From positions 352,001 through 416,000 of the forward strand of contig OY969474.1 in assembly GCA_963700145.1 (NCBI GenBank): a stretch of DNA of 64,000 nt, in the 5' to 3' direction. Below the pieces are notes generated by a model. It was not told the origin of the DNA. It was given only the letters and a program-made list of their open reading frames with translations, and made no database searches. The translations under genes were made by a program, and so were the position numbers. Below, piece by piece: positions 1 to 8,913 of the stretch (positions are counted from its first letter, which is position 1; every line of letters starts with the position of its first letter). This stretch comes from an uncultured Acidobacteriota bacterium. Lineage in GTDB: Bacteria; Acidobacteriota; Thermoanaerobaculia; Multivoradales; UBA5704.

Positions 1-870
1 GAGGAGGGAGTGGAGGTGGAGGAGGGCTACGCCACCCTGACCGCGCTGCCGGCCGGCCTGCTGGCGCGGATCGGCCGGATGCGCGCCGCCTTCGGCAAGG
101 CCAACACGCTGCACGCGCACACGCTCCCCTGGGTGGACCAGCCGCTGCCGGTGGTCAACCTCCTGGGGAGCGACGAGGGGTGGATCGGCACCGGCGTCTC
201 GGTGGGCCGGCTCATCCCGCTCGGCGAGACCTTCTCCGAGCTGACACTCCAGGCCTTCCGCGGCGACGCCGAAGGGCTCTTCGCGGGGGAGACGCGGAGC
301 GACCTCGCCTACAACGCGCACTACCGGCTCTTCCGCGATCTCACCGAAGCGACCAACGTCGATCTCGGGGCCTCCTACGGCTTCGGCCCGAACGGCGGCG
401 CCGCGGGGACCGACACCCATCTCGCCGGCCTCGACCTGACCTGGCGCTGGAAGCCGCTGCAGACCGGGCTCTACCGCTCGGCGATCGTGCGCGCCGAGGT
501 CTTCCGCAGCCACCGCGAGCTGGCGGCGCCGGAGCCGCCGACCGATCCGGACGACGAGGATCCCGGCGGCGAGCCGCCGGGCGACGTCGGGGCCCCGGAC
601 GACGCCGAGGCCCTCGGCTGGTTCCTGGCCGGCGACTATCAGCTCGGCCGGCGCTGGTCGGTGGGCGCGCGCTACGAGCGCTCCGAGCGCGCCGACGACC
701 CGGGCCTCGAGGACACTGGCACGGCCGGCCTCCTCACCTTCCGGCCCAGCGAGTTCTCCCTGCTCCGCGCCGAGGCGCGCCGGCGGCGCTTCGCCGAGGG
801 CGACACGGCCACGGAGCTCTTCCTGCAATTCCAGTTCGCGATCGGCGCCCACGGCGCCCATCCCTTCTGA
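1..870 (+). CDS. Outer-membrane beta-barrel/porin-like protein of a metal-uptake operon (5' truncated by window)
   Basis: Frame open from base 1; amphipathic beta-strand pattern; C-terminal 'LQFQFAIGAHGAHPF' typical of OM proteins encoded before ZnuA-like genes. Confidence 0.7.
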   Translation, partial: EEGVEVEEGYATLTALPAGLLARIGRMRAAFGKANTLHAHTLPWVDQPLPVVNLLGSDEGWIGTGVSVGRLIPLGETFSELTLQAFRGDAEGLFAGETRSDLAYNAHYRLFRDLTEATNVDLGASYGFGPNGGAAGTDTHLAGLDLTWRWKPLQTGLYRSAIVRAEVFRSHRELAAPEPPTDPDDEDPGGEPPGDVGAPDDAEALGWFLAGDYQLGRRWSVGARYERSERADDPGLEDTGTAGLLTFRPSEFSLLRAEARRRRFAEGDTATELFLQFQFAIGAHGAHPF

Positions 871-879
871 GGTGACGTC

Positions 880-1800
880 ATGAAGCCCGTCCGCTGTCTT
901 TCCGCTCTGCTCCTGCTCCTCGCGGCGCTCCCCGGCGCCGCGGAGGCAAAACTGCGCGTGGTCACTTCGACCCAGGACCTGGCGTCGATCGCCGACGCGA
1001 TCGGCCGCGACCACGTCTCCACCTTCCCCCTCGCCAAGGGCTACCAGGATCCGCACTTCGTGGACGCCAAGCCGTCCTTCGTCCTGCAGCTCTCGCGCGC
1101 CGACCTGCTGATCGTCGCCGGCCTCGACCTCGAGGCCGGCTACCTGCCGCCACTCATCGACCAGAGCCGCAACCGGAAGATCCGCCCCGGCGCGCCGGGG
1201 TACCTCGACGCCTCGGTCGGCTGCGAGGTCCTGGGCCGGCCCACGCGGCAGATCACCCGCGCCATGGGCGACGTCCACCCGCAGGGCAACCCGCACTACT
1301 GGACCGACCCCGAGAACGGGCGGCGCATCGCCCGCTCGGTGGCGGCGCGTCTCACGCAGCTCGACCCGGCCGCCGCCGGCGCCTACGCCGGCAACCTCGC
1401 CGCCTTCGAAGCCACGCTCACCCGCAAGACGGCCGAGTGGGAGGCCAAGATGAAGCCCTACGCCGGGCGCGAGGTGGTCACCTTCCACGACTCCTGGCCC
1501 AACTTCGCCAAGCGCTTCAAGCTCGAGGTCGCCGGCCACGTCGAGCCCAAGCCGGGGATCCCGCCCAGCCCGACGCACACCCTCGAGATCATCAACCTGA
1601 TCAAGGCGAAGAAGATCCCGCTCATCCTGGTCGAGCCGTACTTCGACCTCAAGACGCCGAAGTACATCGCCGGCAAGACCGGGTCGGCGGTGCTCGTCTT
1701 CTACCCCTCGGTCGGCGGGACGCCGGCGATCAAGGACTACTTCGCGCTCTTCGACACCAACGTCGACGCCTTCGTGGCCGCGATGAAGGGGCGCGGATGA
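880..1800 (+). CDS. Zn/Mn ABC transporter substrate-binding protein (ZnuA/TroA family)
   Basis: Signal peptide; DPHF, GNPHYW, FHDSW and EPKPGIPPSP motifs. Confidence 0.9.
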   Translation: MKPVRCLSALLLLLAALPGAAEAKLRVVTSTQDLASIADAIGRDHVSTFPLAKGYQDPHFVDAKPSFVLQLSRADLLIVAGLDLEAGYLPPLIDQSRNRKIRPGAPGYLDASVGCEVLGRPTRQITRAMGDVHPQGNPHYWTDPENGRRIARSVAARLTQLDPAAAGAYAGNLAAFEATLTRKTAEWEAKMKPYAGREVVTFHDSWPNFAKRFKLEVAGHVEPKPGIPPSPTHTLEIINLIKAKKIPLILVEPYFDLKTPKYIAGKTGSAVLVFYPSVGGTPAIKDYFALFDTNVDAFVAAMKGRG

Positions 1801-2627
1801 CGATCCTCGATCTCCTGCTGCCGGCCTTCGTCGCCAGCCTCATCCTGACCGGCATCCACGCCTACCTCGGCGTCCACGTCGTCGAGCGCGGCGTCATCTT
1901 CGTCGACCTCTCGCTGGCGCAGATCGCGGCGCTCGGCACGACGGTGGCCTATCTCGCCGGCTACGACCTGCACTCGACGGCCGCCTACCTGTTCTCGCTG
2001 GCCTTCACCTTCCTGGGGGCGGCGATCTTCGCCCTCTCGCGCGTCCACCGCAGCACGCGGATCCCGCAGGAGGCGGTGATCGGCATCGTCTACGCCGTCT
2101 CGGCGGCGGTGGCCATCCTGGTGATGTCGAAGGCGACGCAGGAGACCGAGCACCTCAAGGAGATGCTGGTCGGCAACGTCCTGTCGGTGACCTGGCCGGA
2201 GTTGGCGCGGACGGCGGTGCTCTACGCCGCCGTCGGGGTCTTCCACTACTTCTGCCGCGAGCGCTTCCTGACCATCTCGATGGACGAGGAGGAGGCCGTG
2301 CGGCGGGGCTACAACATCCGCTTCTGGGACTTCCTCTTCTACGTCTCGTTCGGCTTCGTGGTCACTTCGTCGGTGGCGATCGCCGGGGTGCTCCTGGTGT
2401 TCTGCTTCCTCATCGTGCCGTCGGTCGCCGCCATGCTCTTCGCCGAGCGCCTGGGGCCGCGCCTGGCGCTCGGCTGGGCGATGGGCGCCCTGGTCTCGGC
2501 GGGAGGTGTCGCGCTCTCCTTCTTCCTCGACCTCCCGACGGGCGCCACGATCGTCGCCACCTTCGGCGCCGCCCTGCTGCTGCTGGCCGGGGTGCGGTGG
2601 GCGTTCCGGCGCCAGGCGCGGGCGTAG
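1797..2627 (+). CDS. Metal ABC transporter permease (ZnuB/MntB, ABC-3 family)
   Basis: ATGA overlap with the SBP gene; multiple TM helices; 'LGVHVVERGVIFVDLSLAQIAALG'. Confidence 0.9.
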   Translation: MTILDLLLPAFVASLILTGIHAYLGVHVVERGVIFVDLSLAQIAALGTTVAYLAGYDLHSTAAYLFSLAFTFLGAAIFALSRVHRSTRIPQEAVIGIVYAVSAAVAILVMSKATQETEHLKEMLVGNVLSVTWPELARTAVLYAAVGVFHYFCRERFLTISMDEEEAVRRGYNIRFWDFLFYVSFGFVVTSSVAIAGVLLVFCFLIVPSVAAMLFAERLGPRLALGWAMGALVSAGGVALSFFLDLPTGATIVATFGAALLLLAGVRWAFRRQARA

Positions 2628-2631
2628 GGGC

Positions 2632-3243
2632 TTACTTCTTGGTGTAGGTGATCTCCATCATCTTCATCTCCTTGCCGTCCTTGCCGGGGATGTACATCTC
2701 GAAGACCTGGACCGTCGGGCTCGTCCAGCGGCTCGTCATCCGCGCGTTGATCGGGCCCTTCGTGATCGGGTCGTTCCAGCTGCCGGTGAAGGTGCAGGCC
2801 CCTTGGGCGTCGCAGGTGCCTTGGCTCAGCATCACGCCGGTGGACATACTGTCGTTCCACGTCGACCAGTACTTGCCGGTGACGTTGTCGTAGCCCTGCA
2901 TGCCGTGGCCGGTGAACGGCGTCCCCATCATCGAGCTGCTGACGTCCTCGACCAGCACGCGGCCGTCGAGCGCCATTTTCCGCGTCGCCGTCCCGCTCTC
3001 TTCCGACGGCGGCCCACCCGGCTCGTGCCAGCTCTTGATCTTCAGATCGTAGCTCCCGGCCGTCGCCGCCAGGGCCTGGTGCGGGGCGCCCGGCGAGCCG
3101 GCCGCCACGTAGGCCTCCATCTCGGCCTTCTGCTCGGGGGTCATCTGGGGAGGCGCCTGCCCTTCTTGCGCCAGCGCCAGCGCCGGCGCGGCGGCGAGCA
3201 CGGCGGCGGCGGTCAACAGCCTGCTTATGAGCTTGCGGATCAT
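2632..3243 (-). CDS. Secreted DUF1579-like protein
   Basis: Start MIRKL after an AAGGAG RBS; signal peptide; 'PGAPH..LA..AG', 'GYDNVTGKYWSTWNDSMSTG', 'KMMEITYTK'. Confidence 0.75.
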   Translation of the reverse strand: MIRKLISRLLTAAAVLAAAPALALAQEGQAPPQMTPEQKAEMEAYVAAGSPGAPHQALAATAGSYDLKIKSWHEPGGPPSEESGTATRKMALDGRVLVEDVSSSMMGTPFTGHGMQGYDNVTGKYWSTWNDSMSTGVMLSQGTCDAQGACTFTGSWNDPITKGPINARMTSRWTSPTVQVFEMYIPGKDGKEMKMMEITYTKK

Positions 3244-3266
3244 GATTTTCTCCTTAGGGTAGCGAG

Positions 3267-3818
3267 CTACTTGCCTTGCTTCCGCGGGTCGTCGCGGGGG
3301 TCGAGGTAGACGATCTGCCAGGGACCGCCGCCGGTGATCTGGAGGACGGTGTCGCCGGTCGCCCAGGCATAGTGCCACATCTCGGCCGGCATCAGGGAGT
3401 AGGAGCCGGCGGGAAGCGCCGTGCCCTTCGCGTTGTCGAACTTGTCCCCGCGGCCCAGGTTGAAGGTCCCGGAGACGACGGTGATCCGCTCGGGCGCGGG
3501 GTGCCAGTGCGGCTTGATCTGGAAGCCGTCCGGCAAAAAGAGGCGCATGGTGAAGAGTCCCTCTTCGCGGGGATCGCCTTCGAGGACCGCGAACTTCGCT
3601 CCCTTCGGCAGCGACGGCGGCCCGTCCTGCCACTTGATGGCGTCGGCGAGGTAGACGGCGTGGCTCTCCGGCTTCGCGGCGCGGTGCTCGGAGGGCTGCG
3701 CGTCGGGTGTCGTGGATTGAGCGGACGCCTTGGCGCCGTTCGCCACCGCGCCGGCGGCGGCGAGGACGAGCAGGGCGCCCAGGAAGGCTGGCGCGAAGCG
3801 ACGCAGTGAGTGCGGCAT
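3267..3818 (-). CDS. Secreted cupin-domain protein
   Basis: AAGGAGG RBS; signal peptide; 'PHWHPAPERITVVSG' and 'MWHYAW' cupin motifs. Confidence 0.8.
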   Translation of the reverse strand: MPHSLRRFAPAFLGALLVLAAAGAVANGAKASAQSTTPDAQPSEHRAAKPESHAVYLADAIKWQDGPPSLPKGAKFAVLEGDPREEGLFTMRLFLPDGFQIKPHWHPAPERITVVSGTFNLGRGDKFDNAKGTALPAGSYSLMPAEMWHYAWATGDTVLQITGGGPWQIVYLDPRDDPRKQGK

Positions 3819-3913
3819 GGCTCCCTCCTTCGGATGTCGGTGGCGAGTCGTGGAGCCTGTATCATCGCCGAAATCGTCCGGCAGGTCATCTGACTCTTCC
3901 CTGGGGGTCGTCC

Positions 3914-4089
3914 ATGAGCCCACGGCGTCTGGCCGTCCTGGTCCTGGTCCTGCCGCTCGCCGCCTGCCGAGCACGGGAGGGGGCGGAAGGCGGTGGTAGC
4001 CGCCAAGCTCGCCCCCGGACGCGGCGGCGGCGGAGAGCCTCGCGCCCGAGGAGCTGGAGCGGCTGCGCAGCCTCGGCTACATCCAGTAG
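3914..4089 (+). pseudogene. Frameshifted or internally deleted lipoprotein remnant (lipobox LAAC, then EELERLRSLGYIQ* in another frame)
   Basis: ATG 3914 gives a signal peptide with LAAC; the C-terminal LRSLGY motif, typical of sulfatase-type proteins, lies in a different frame ending at TAG 4087-4089. Confidence 0.45.
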
Positions 4090-4095
4090 CGCCGA

Positions 4096-5607
4096 TCAGG
4101 GGGCCGGCGCGGCGGCGGGGGCGCGGCGGAGGGCGACGTAGGCCGGCAGCTCGAAGTGGCCGCGGGCGGTGGTGAAGTAGGCGGTGGCGAAGCCGGTGAG
4201 GGAATCGCCGGCGGGGCGCAGGGCCAGCGCGATCCGGTGTGGGTGCTCGGCGGGCTCGGCGAGGCGGAGCGTGCCGAGGAAGGAGCCCTGGAGCAGCCCC
4301 TCTTCCCAGCGCGTCTCGGCGAGCAGCGTCGGGAGCTGCTCGTCGAGCGCGACATGGACGTCGCCGTCGGGCTGGAAGGTGAGGCGGAGCGGCGCGGGGT
4401 CGCCGGCGCCCTGCACGGTGCCCTCCCACGTGCCGGCCAGCTCAGGAGTCGGCGCATAGGGGAGGTTGACCGCCGCTTCGTACTCGGTCATCGCCCGCTC
4501 GACCTTCGCCGCCATGCCGGGGACGAGGCGCTCGGTGATCTCGACCGCCAGGGCGTCCATCGCGTTGCCGGTGACGTTCGTCAGGCAGACGACGGCGAGC
4601 CGCGCATGCGGCAGGATCGAGACCGTCGCCTGCGCGCCGCCGGCGCGGCCGTTCGACAGCAGCCAGAGCCAGCCGTCCCCCAGCTCGACGCTCCCCCAGC
4701 CGAGAGCCATGAGCGCGTGCGGCAGCGCCGCCCGGTCCCGTTGCATGGCGGCAACGCCGGCGGGCGACACCGGCCGCCGCTGCCCAGGCTCCAGCGCGTC
4801 GAGGGAGAGGCGGGCGTAGCGCAGCAGGTCGCGGGCGCTGGCGTGGACGGCGAGCGAGCTCCGCGGCAACGAAAAGGCGGGCTCGATCGCCGAGCCGTCG
4901 GCGCGGTAGCGCGCCGCGGGCGCGGTGCCGCTCGCGGTCCAGCCGGCGACCAGGCTGTCGTTCATCCCGAGCGGCGCGAAGACCTCGCGGCGCAGGAGGT
5001 CGGGGTAGGGGAGGCCGGAGGCACGCTCCAGCACGCGCTCGAGGACGGCGTAGGAGAAGTTGGAGTAGAGGTAGGTCTCGCCGGCCGGGAAGGCGACGAA
5101 GAGGCGGTCGCGCACCAACGCCGCGGAGGTCAGCGCGCGCGCCGCCTCTTCGGAGGTGAAGCTGAGATTGCCGTGCGGCACCGCCGCGGTCATCTGCAGC
5201 AGCCGGCGCAGGGTGACGGCGTCGCGCTCGCCGGCGTGGACCGCCGGCGCGTCCGGGCCGAGGTAGGCGTCGGCCGGGCGGTCGAGGTCGAGAAGCCCGC
5301 GCTCGGCGAGCGCCACGACGGCGGTCGCGGTGACCGACTTGCCGACCGAGGCGATGCCGTACGGCGTGCGCGGCGTCGCCGGGACGCCGGCCGCGCGGTC
5401 GGCCCAGCCGAAGGCCTCCTCCCAGAGCACCCGCCCGTCCTGGAGCACCGCGACGGCGACCGACGGCAGCTCGCCCGCCTCGACGCGGCGGAGGAGCTCC
5501 GCGCGCACCTGCGTGAGGCGCGCGTCGGCGGCGACGGTGGCGGTCGCGGGAGGCGCCGCCGGTCCGTTCGCAGCGAGCGCGAGCAGCATGGAAAGCGCGT
5601 AGAGCAT
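4096..5607 (-). CDS. Serine hydrolase, beta-lactamase/AmpC-like family
   Basis: Signal peptide; SxxK (ASVGK) and YSN motifs. Confidence 0.85.
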   Translation of the reverse strand: MLYALSMLLALAANGPAAPPATATVAADARLTQVRAELLRRVEAGELPSVAVAVLQDGRVLWEEAFGWADRAAGVPATPRTPYGIASVGKSVTATAVVALAERGLLDLDRPADAYLGPDAPAVHAGERDAVTLRRLLQMTAAVPHGNLSFTSEEAARALTSAALVRDRLFVAFPAGETYLYSNFSYAVLERVLERASGLPYPDLLRREVFAPLGMNDSLVAGWTASGTAPAARYRADGSAIEPAFSLPRSSLAVHASARDLLRYARLSLDALEPGQRRPVSPAGVAAMQRDRAALPHALMALGWGSVELGDGWLWLLSNGRAGGAQATVSILPHARLAVVCLTNVTGNAMDALAVEITERLVPGMAAKVERAMTEYEAAVNLPYAPTPELAGTWEGTVQGAGDPAPLRLTFQPDGDVHVALDEQLPTLLAETRWEEGLLQGSFLGTLRLAEPAEHPHRIALALRPAGDSLTGFATAYFTTARGHFELPAYVALRRAPAAAPAP

Positions 5608-5622
5608 GCGAGGTCGGCCCCT

Positions 5623-5712
5623 TGTCATTCCGAGCGCAGCCGAGGAATCTGGGCGGGGGCTTCCGCCGGGAACGCCCCTGCCCCCAGATCCTTCGCTTCG
5701 CTCAGGATGACA
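5623..5712. repeat. Palindromic intergenic repeat (REP/MITE-like) with imperfect ~30-bp inverted arms
   Basis: TGTCATTCCGAGCGCAGCCGAGGAATCTGGG ... CCCAGATCCTTCGCTTCGCTCAGGATGACA; the right arm recurs at 33093-33122. Confidence 0.75.
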
Positions 5713-5745
5713 ACTAGCCTTGGTACTGCCGGACGCCCGCCGAGG

Positions 5746-6840
5746 TTACAGCTCGTCGAGCGCCGCGCCGAGCCGCTCGAGGCCGGCGGCGAGGTCGGGG
5801 GTGGGGCCGCCGATGCCGATGCGGACGTGCTCCGGCAGGCCGAAGAAGCGGCCGGGGACGACGGTCGTCTCGTGGCGGGCGCGCAGGTGGTCGCAGAGGC
5901 GGTCGGTGTCGCCGCCGCGCCAGCGCGGGAAGACCAGCGTCCCGTAGCGCGGGCGGACGGCCTCCAGGTCGTCGCGCCCGTCGAGGAAGCGGTGGAGGAG
6001 AGCGCGGTTGGCGGCGAGGAGCGCCCGCGCGCGCTCGGCGATGTGGTCGAGCCGCGCCAGGGCGACGACGCTCAGCCGCTCCGCCGGGTGGGCCGGGATG
6101 ACGTGGAAGAGGTCGGTGAGCCGCCAGATCCGCCGCGCCAGCTCGGGCTCGGCCAGCACCCAACCGCAGCGCAAGCCGTTCAAGCCGTAGGCCTTGGTCA
6201 GGCTGCTCGCCACCACGAACTCGGGGCCGAGGCGGGCGGCGGTGCGCGCCGGCACACCCTCGTCCACCGCGACCATCTCGAGATACACCTCGTCCACCAG
6301 CACGCGAGCGCCGGCCCGCCGCGCCAGCTCGCCGAGCCCGGCGAGGGCCGCGTCGTCGAGGCGCGCGCCGCTCGGGTTGTGCAGGTCGCTCAAGACGATC
6401 AGGCGGGTGCGCGGCGAGACGAGGCGCGCGACCTCGTCGAGGTCGATGCCCCAGCCCTTCTCCGGCCGCCGCGCGAAAGGCTTCACCTCGGCGCCGAGGT
6501 AGCGGGCGACGGCGAGGATCGGCTCGTAGGTCGGGTGCTCCAAGAGCACCTCGTCGCCGGGCTCGACGAGCGCCGCCATCGCCAGGTGAAGGGCGAGCGA
6601 GGTGCCGACGGCCGCCACGACCTGCTCCTCCGGCACGCCGCAGTGCGCCGCCAAGGCCGCCTGCAGCGGCGGGTAGCCGTACCAGCTCGGGCCGCTCAGC
6701 TCGAGGTCGTCGAGCGTCGCGCCCAGCTCGGCGAGCGGCAGGGGATCGACGCCGCTCGCCACCAGGTTGAAGCGCGCCTGCGAGCGGGTCTTCGCCCACT
6801 CCTGGTACTCCGAGCTCAGGACGCGGGGCGCGCGGCCCAC
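5746..6840 (-). CDS. PLP-dependent aminotransferase class I/II
   Basis: GTG start after AAGGAG; HNPSG, DEVY and SLTKAYGLNGLRCGW motifs. Confidence 0.88.
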   Translation of the reverse strand: MGRAPRVLSSEYQEWAKTRSQARFNLVASGVDPLPLAELGATLDDLELSGPSWYGYPPLQAALAAHCGVPEEQVVAAVGTSLALHLAMAALVEPGDEVLLEHPTYEPILAVARYLGAEVKPFARRPEKGWGIDLDEVARLVSPRTRLIVLSDLHNPSGARLDDAALAGLGELARRAGARVLVDEVYLEMVAVDEGVPARTAARLGPEFVVASSLTKAYGLNGLRCGWVLAEPELARRIWRLTDLFHVIPAHPAERLSVVALARLDHIAERARALLAANRALLHRFLDGRDDLEAVRPRYGTLVFPRWRGGDTDRLCDHLRARHETTVVPGRFFGLPEHVRIGIGGPTPDLAAGLERLGAALDEL

Positions 6841-8195
6841 CGCCGCTCCTTCCAGCGCCAGGCGGCGTAGACGGCGAGCCCGGCGAGCAGGATCCCCAGC
6901 CCCTTGGCGCTCTCGGCCGGGTACTTGTAGACCGTGTTGGCGACGACCAGCGCCGAGACCGCGACGAAGGCGGCGGTCGTCCACGGGTGGCCGGGCGTGC
7001 GGAACCCGGGCGGCTCGGCGCCGCTCTCGCGGTCGCGCCGCCGCAGCACGAAGAGGCAGCTCGCCGCCAGGCCGAAGAAGATCCAGTCCACCGCCACGAC
7101 GTAGGAGAGGATCTGCTCGTAGCGCCCGGAAAGGGCGATCACCGTCGCCCAGATGCCTTGCAGCGCGATCGCCGCCACCGGCACGCGGGTCCGCGGGTGG
7201 ACGCGGGCCAGGGCGGGCAGGAAGAGGCCGTCGGCGGCCATCGCGTAGTAGACGCGCGGCGCGGTGAGCATGCTCTGCGCCAGAAAGCCGAAGGTCGAGA
7301 CCGCGATCCCGGCGGCGATGAGCCGCGCTCCCGGCGCGCCGAGCGCGGCGCGCATGACGTCGGAGGCCGGAGTCGTCGTGGCGGCGAGGCCGCCAGTGCC
7401 GAGGACGCGGATGCAGACGGCATTGACGGCGACGTAGAGGACGACGACGCCGGCGACGCCGAAGAGGAGGCCGCGCGGCAGGTTGCGGCGCGGCTCGCGC
7501 ACTTCGCCAGCGACGAAGGAAGCCGTCTGCCAGCCGCCGTAGGCGAAGAGTACCGGCACGAGCGCGGCGCCGAAGGCGGTCAGCAGGTCGAAGGAGGGCG
7601 GGCGGTCGAGGAGCCCGCCGGCGGCGCGCGCCGGCGCCGCCGCGCCGGCCAGGAAGAGCCCGCAGACGACGAGCGCGAGGATGGCCGCGATCTTGAGCAC
7701 CATGAGCGCGCTCTGCACGGCGCTGCCGGTGCGCACGCCGAGGCAGTTGACGGCGGTCAGCAGAGCCAGGGCGATCGCCGCCACCGCGCCGTCGGCGAGC
7801 GGCGCGCCGGTCAGCTCCAGCGCGTAGCGGGCGAAGGTCACCGCCACCGCCGCCATGCCGCCGCTCTGCGTCACCAGCAGCAGCCCCCAGCCGTAGAGGA
7901 AGGCGAGCGAGGGGTGGAAGGCCTCGCGGATGTAGGCGTACTGGCCGCCCACCGCCGGCCGCCGCGCCGCCAGCTCGGCGTAGATGAAGGCGCCGGCCAG
8001 GGCGATCACGCCGCCGGCCGCCCAGGCGCCGAGGATCAGGAACGGCGTATGGACCTGCCGCGCCACGACGTAGGGGTTCATGAAGATGCCGGAGCCGACG
8101 ATGCCGCCCATGACCAGCATGGTGGCGTCGAACGGCCCCAGGCGCCGGGCCAGCGCCGGCGCGGCGGCCGGTGCGGCGCGCGCCGTCCGGTCCAT
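6816..8195 (-). CDS. APC-family amino acid permease
   Basis: 'GGIVGSGIF' and 'FAYGGW' motifs; about 12 TM helices. Confidence 0.9.
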   Translation of the reverse strand: MDRTARAAPAAAPALARRLGPFDATMLVMGGIVGSGIFMNPYVVARQVHTPFLILGAWAAGGVIALAGAFIYAELAARRPAVGGQYAYIREAFHPSLAFLYGWGLLLVTQSGGMAAVAVTFARYALELTGAPLADGAVAAIALALLTAVNCLGVRTGSAVQSALMVLKIAAILALVVCGLFLAGAAAPARAAGGLLDRPPSFDLLTAFGAALVPVLFAYGGWQTASFVAGEVREPRRNLPRGLLFGVAGVVVLYVAVNAVCIRVLGTGGLAATTTPASDVMRAALGAPGARLIAAGIAVSTFGFLAQSMLTAPRVYYAMAADGLFLPALARVHPRTRVPVAAIALQGIWATVIALSGRYEQILSYVVAVDWIFFGLAASCLFVLRRRDRESGAEPPGFRTPGHPWTTAAFVAVSALVVANTVYKYPAESAKGLGILLAGLAVYAAWRWKERRWAARPAS

Positions 8196-8200
8196 CGCGG

Positions 8201-8854
8201 CTACCGGGGCCGCCGGTGGCGGTCGAGCCAGTAGCCCCAGGCGACCAGGAGCCACATCGCCTGCCCCGCCCAGGGGATGACCGCGGGGCTGGGGGGCGGC
8301 GGGCCGAGGAGGTTGGCGGCGTAGACGACGAGGAGGAAGGCGACGAGCGCCCAGAGCGCCACCCGCCCGGTGCGGTCGCGCGCGGTCGTGGCGCGGGTGT
8401 AGAGGGCGACGCCGGCGAGGAGGAGGACGACCTCGACGGCGAGGGTGGCGGCCCGCGAGTCCCAGAGGCCGAGCCCGAGCCGCGTCTCGCTGCCGGGCAT
8501 CAACGGCATGTCGGGGCGGTGGGTGACGACGTCGAGCAGCCAGTGGCTGACGACGAGGAGCGCGATCCAGAGCGCCGCGGCGGCGCGCCCGCGCCGCACC
8601 AACCACCAGAGGCCGCCCAGGAGCGCGCCCCAGCCGGCGAGCATGAGCAGGCTGTGCGACCAGGGGTAGCTGACGAAGTCGAGCGGCGTGACGGCGGTGG
8701 CGCCGGGAGCGATCGCCACGACTTCGAGCCCGAGCAGGAGGAAGACCGGCCAGAGGAGGTCCGCGAGCTGCGCGGCGAGGAAGAGGGTGCCGAGAGAGAC
8801 CTCGGGCGCGACGCGCTTGGCGGCGAAGCCGACGGCGAAGTGGCCGAGGAACAC
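8201..8854 (-). CDS. Membrane-bound metal-dependent hydrolase-like protein (YdjM-like)
   Basis: GTG start VFLGHF; 'PWSHSL' and 'SHWLLDVVTHRPD' motifs; TM helices. Confidence 0.7.
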   Translation of the reverse strand: MFLGHFAVGFAAKRVAPEVSLGTLFLAAQLADLLWPVFLLLGLEVVAIAPGATAVTPLDFVSYPWSHSLLMLAGWGALLGGLWWLVRRGRAAAALWIALLVVSHWLLDVVTHRPDMPLMPGSETRLGLGLWDSRAATLAVEVVLLLAGVALYTRATTARDRTGRVALWALVAFLLVVYAANLLGPPPPSPAVIPWAGQAMWLLVAWGYWLDRHRRPR

Positions 8855-8913
8855 GCGTGTGGTCTCGTGAGGAGAGCCGACGATAGCACCCGCGCAGCCG
8901 GGAGCGGGCCGGG

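Noticed and set aside
4156-6870. 904-aa + strand ORF
   Set aside because: Antisense to the serine hydrolase and aminotransferase, which carry clear catalytic motifs
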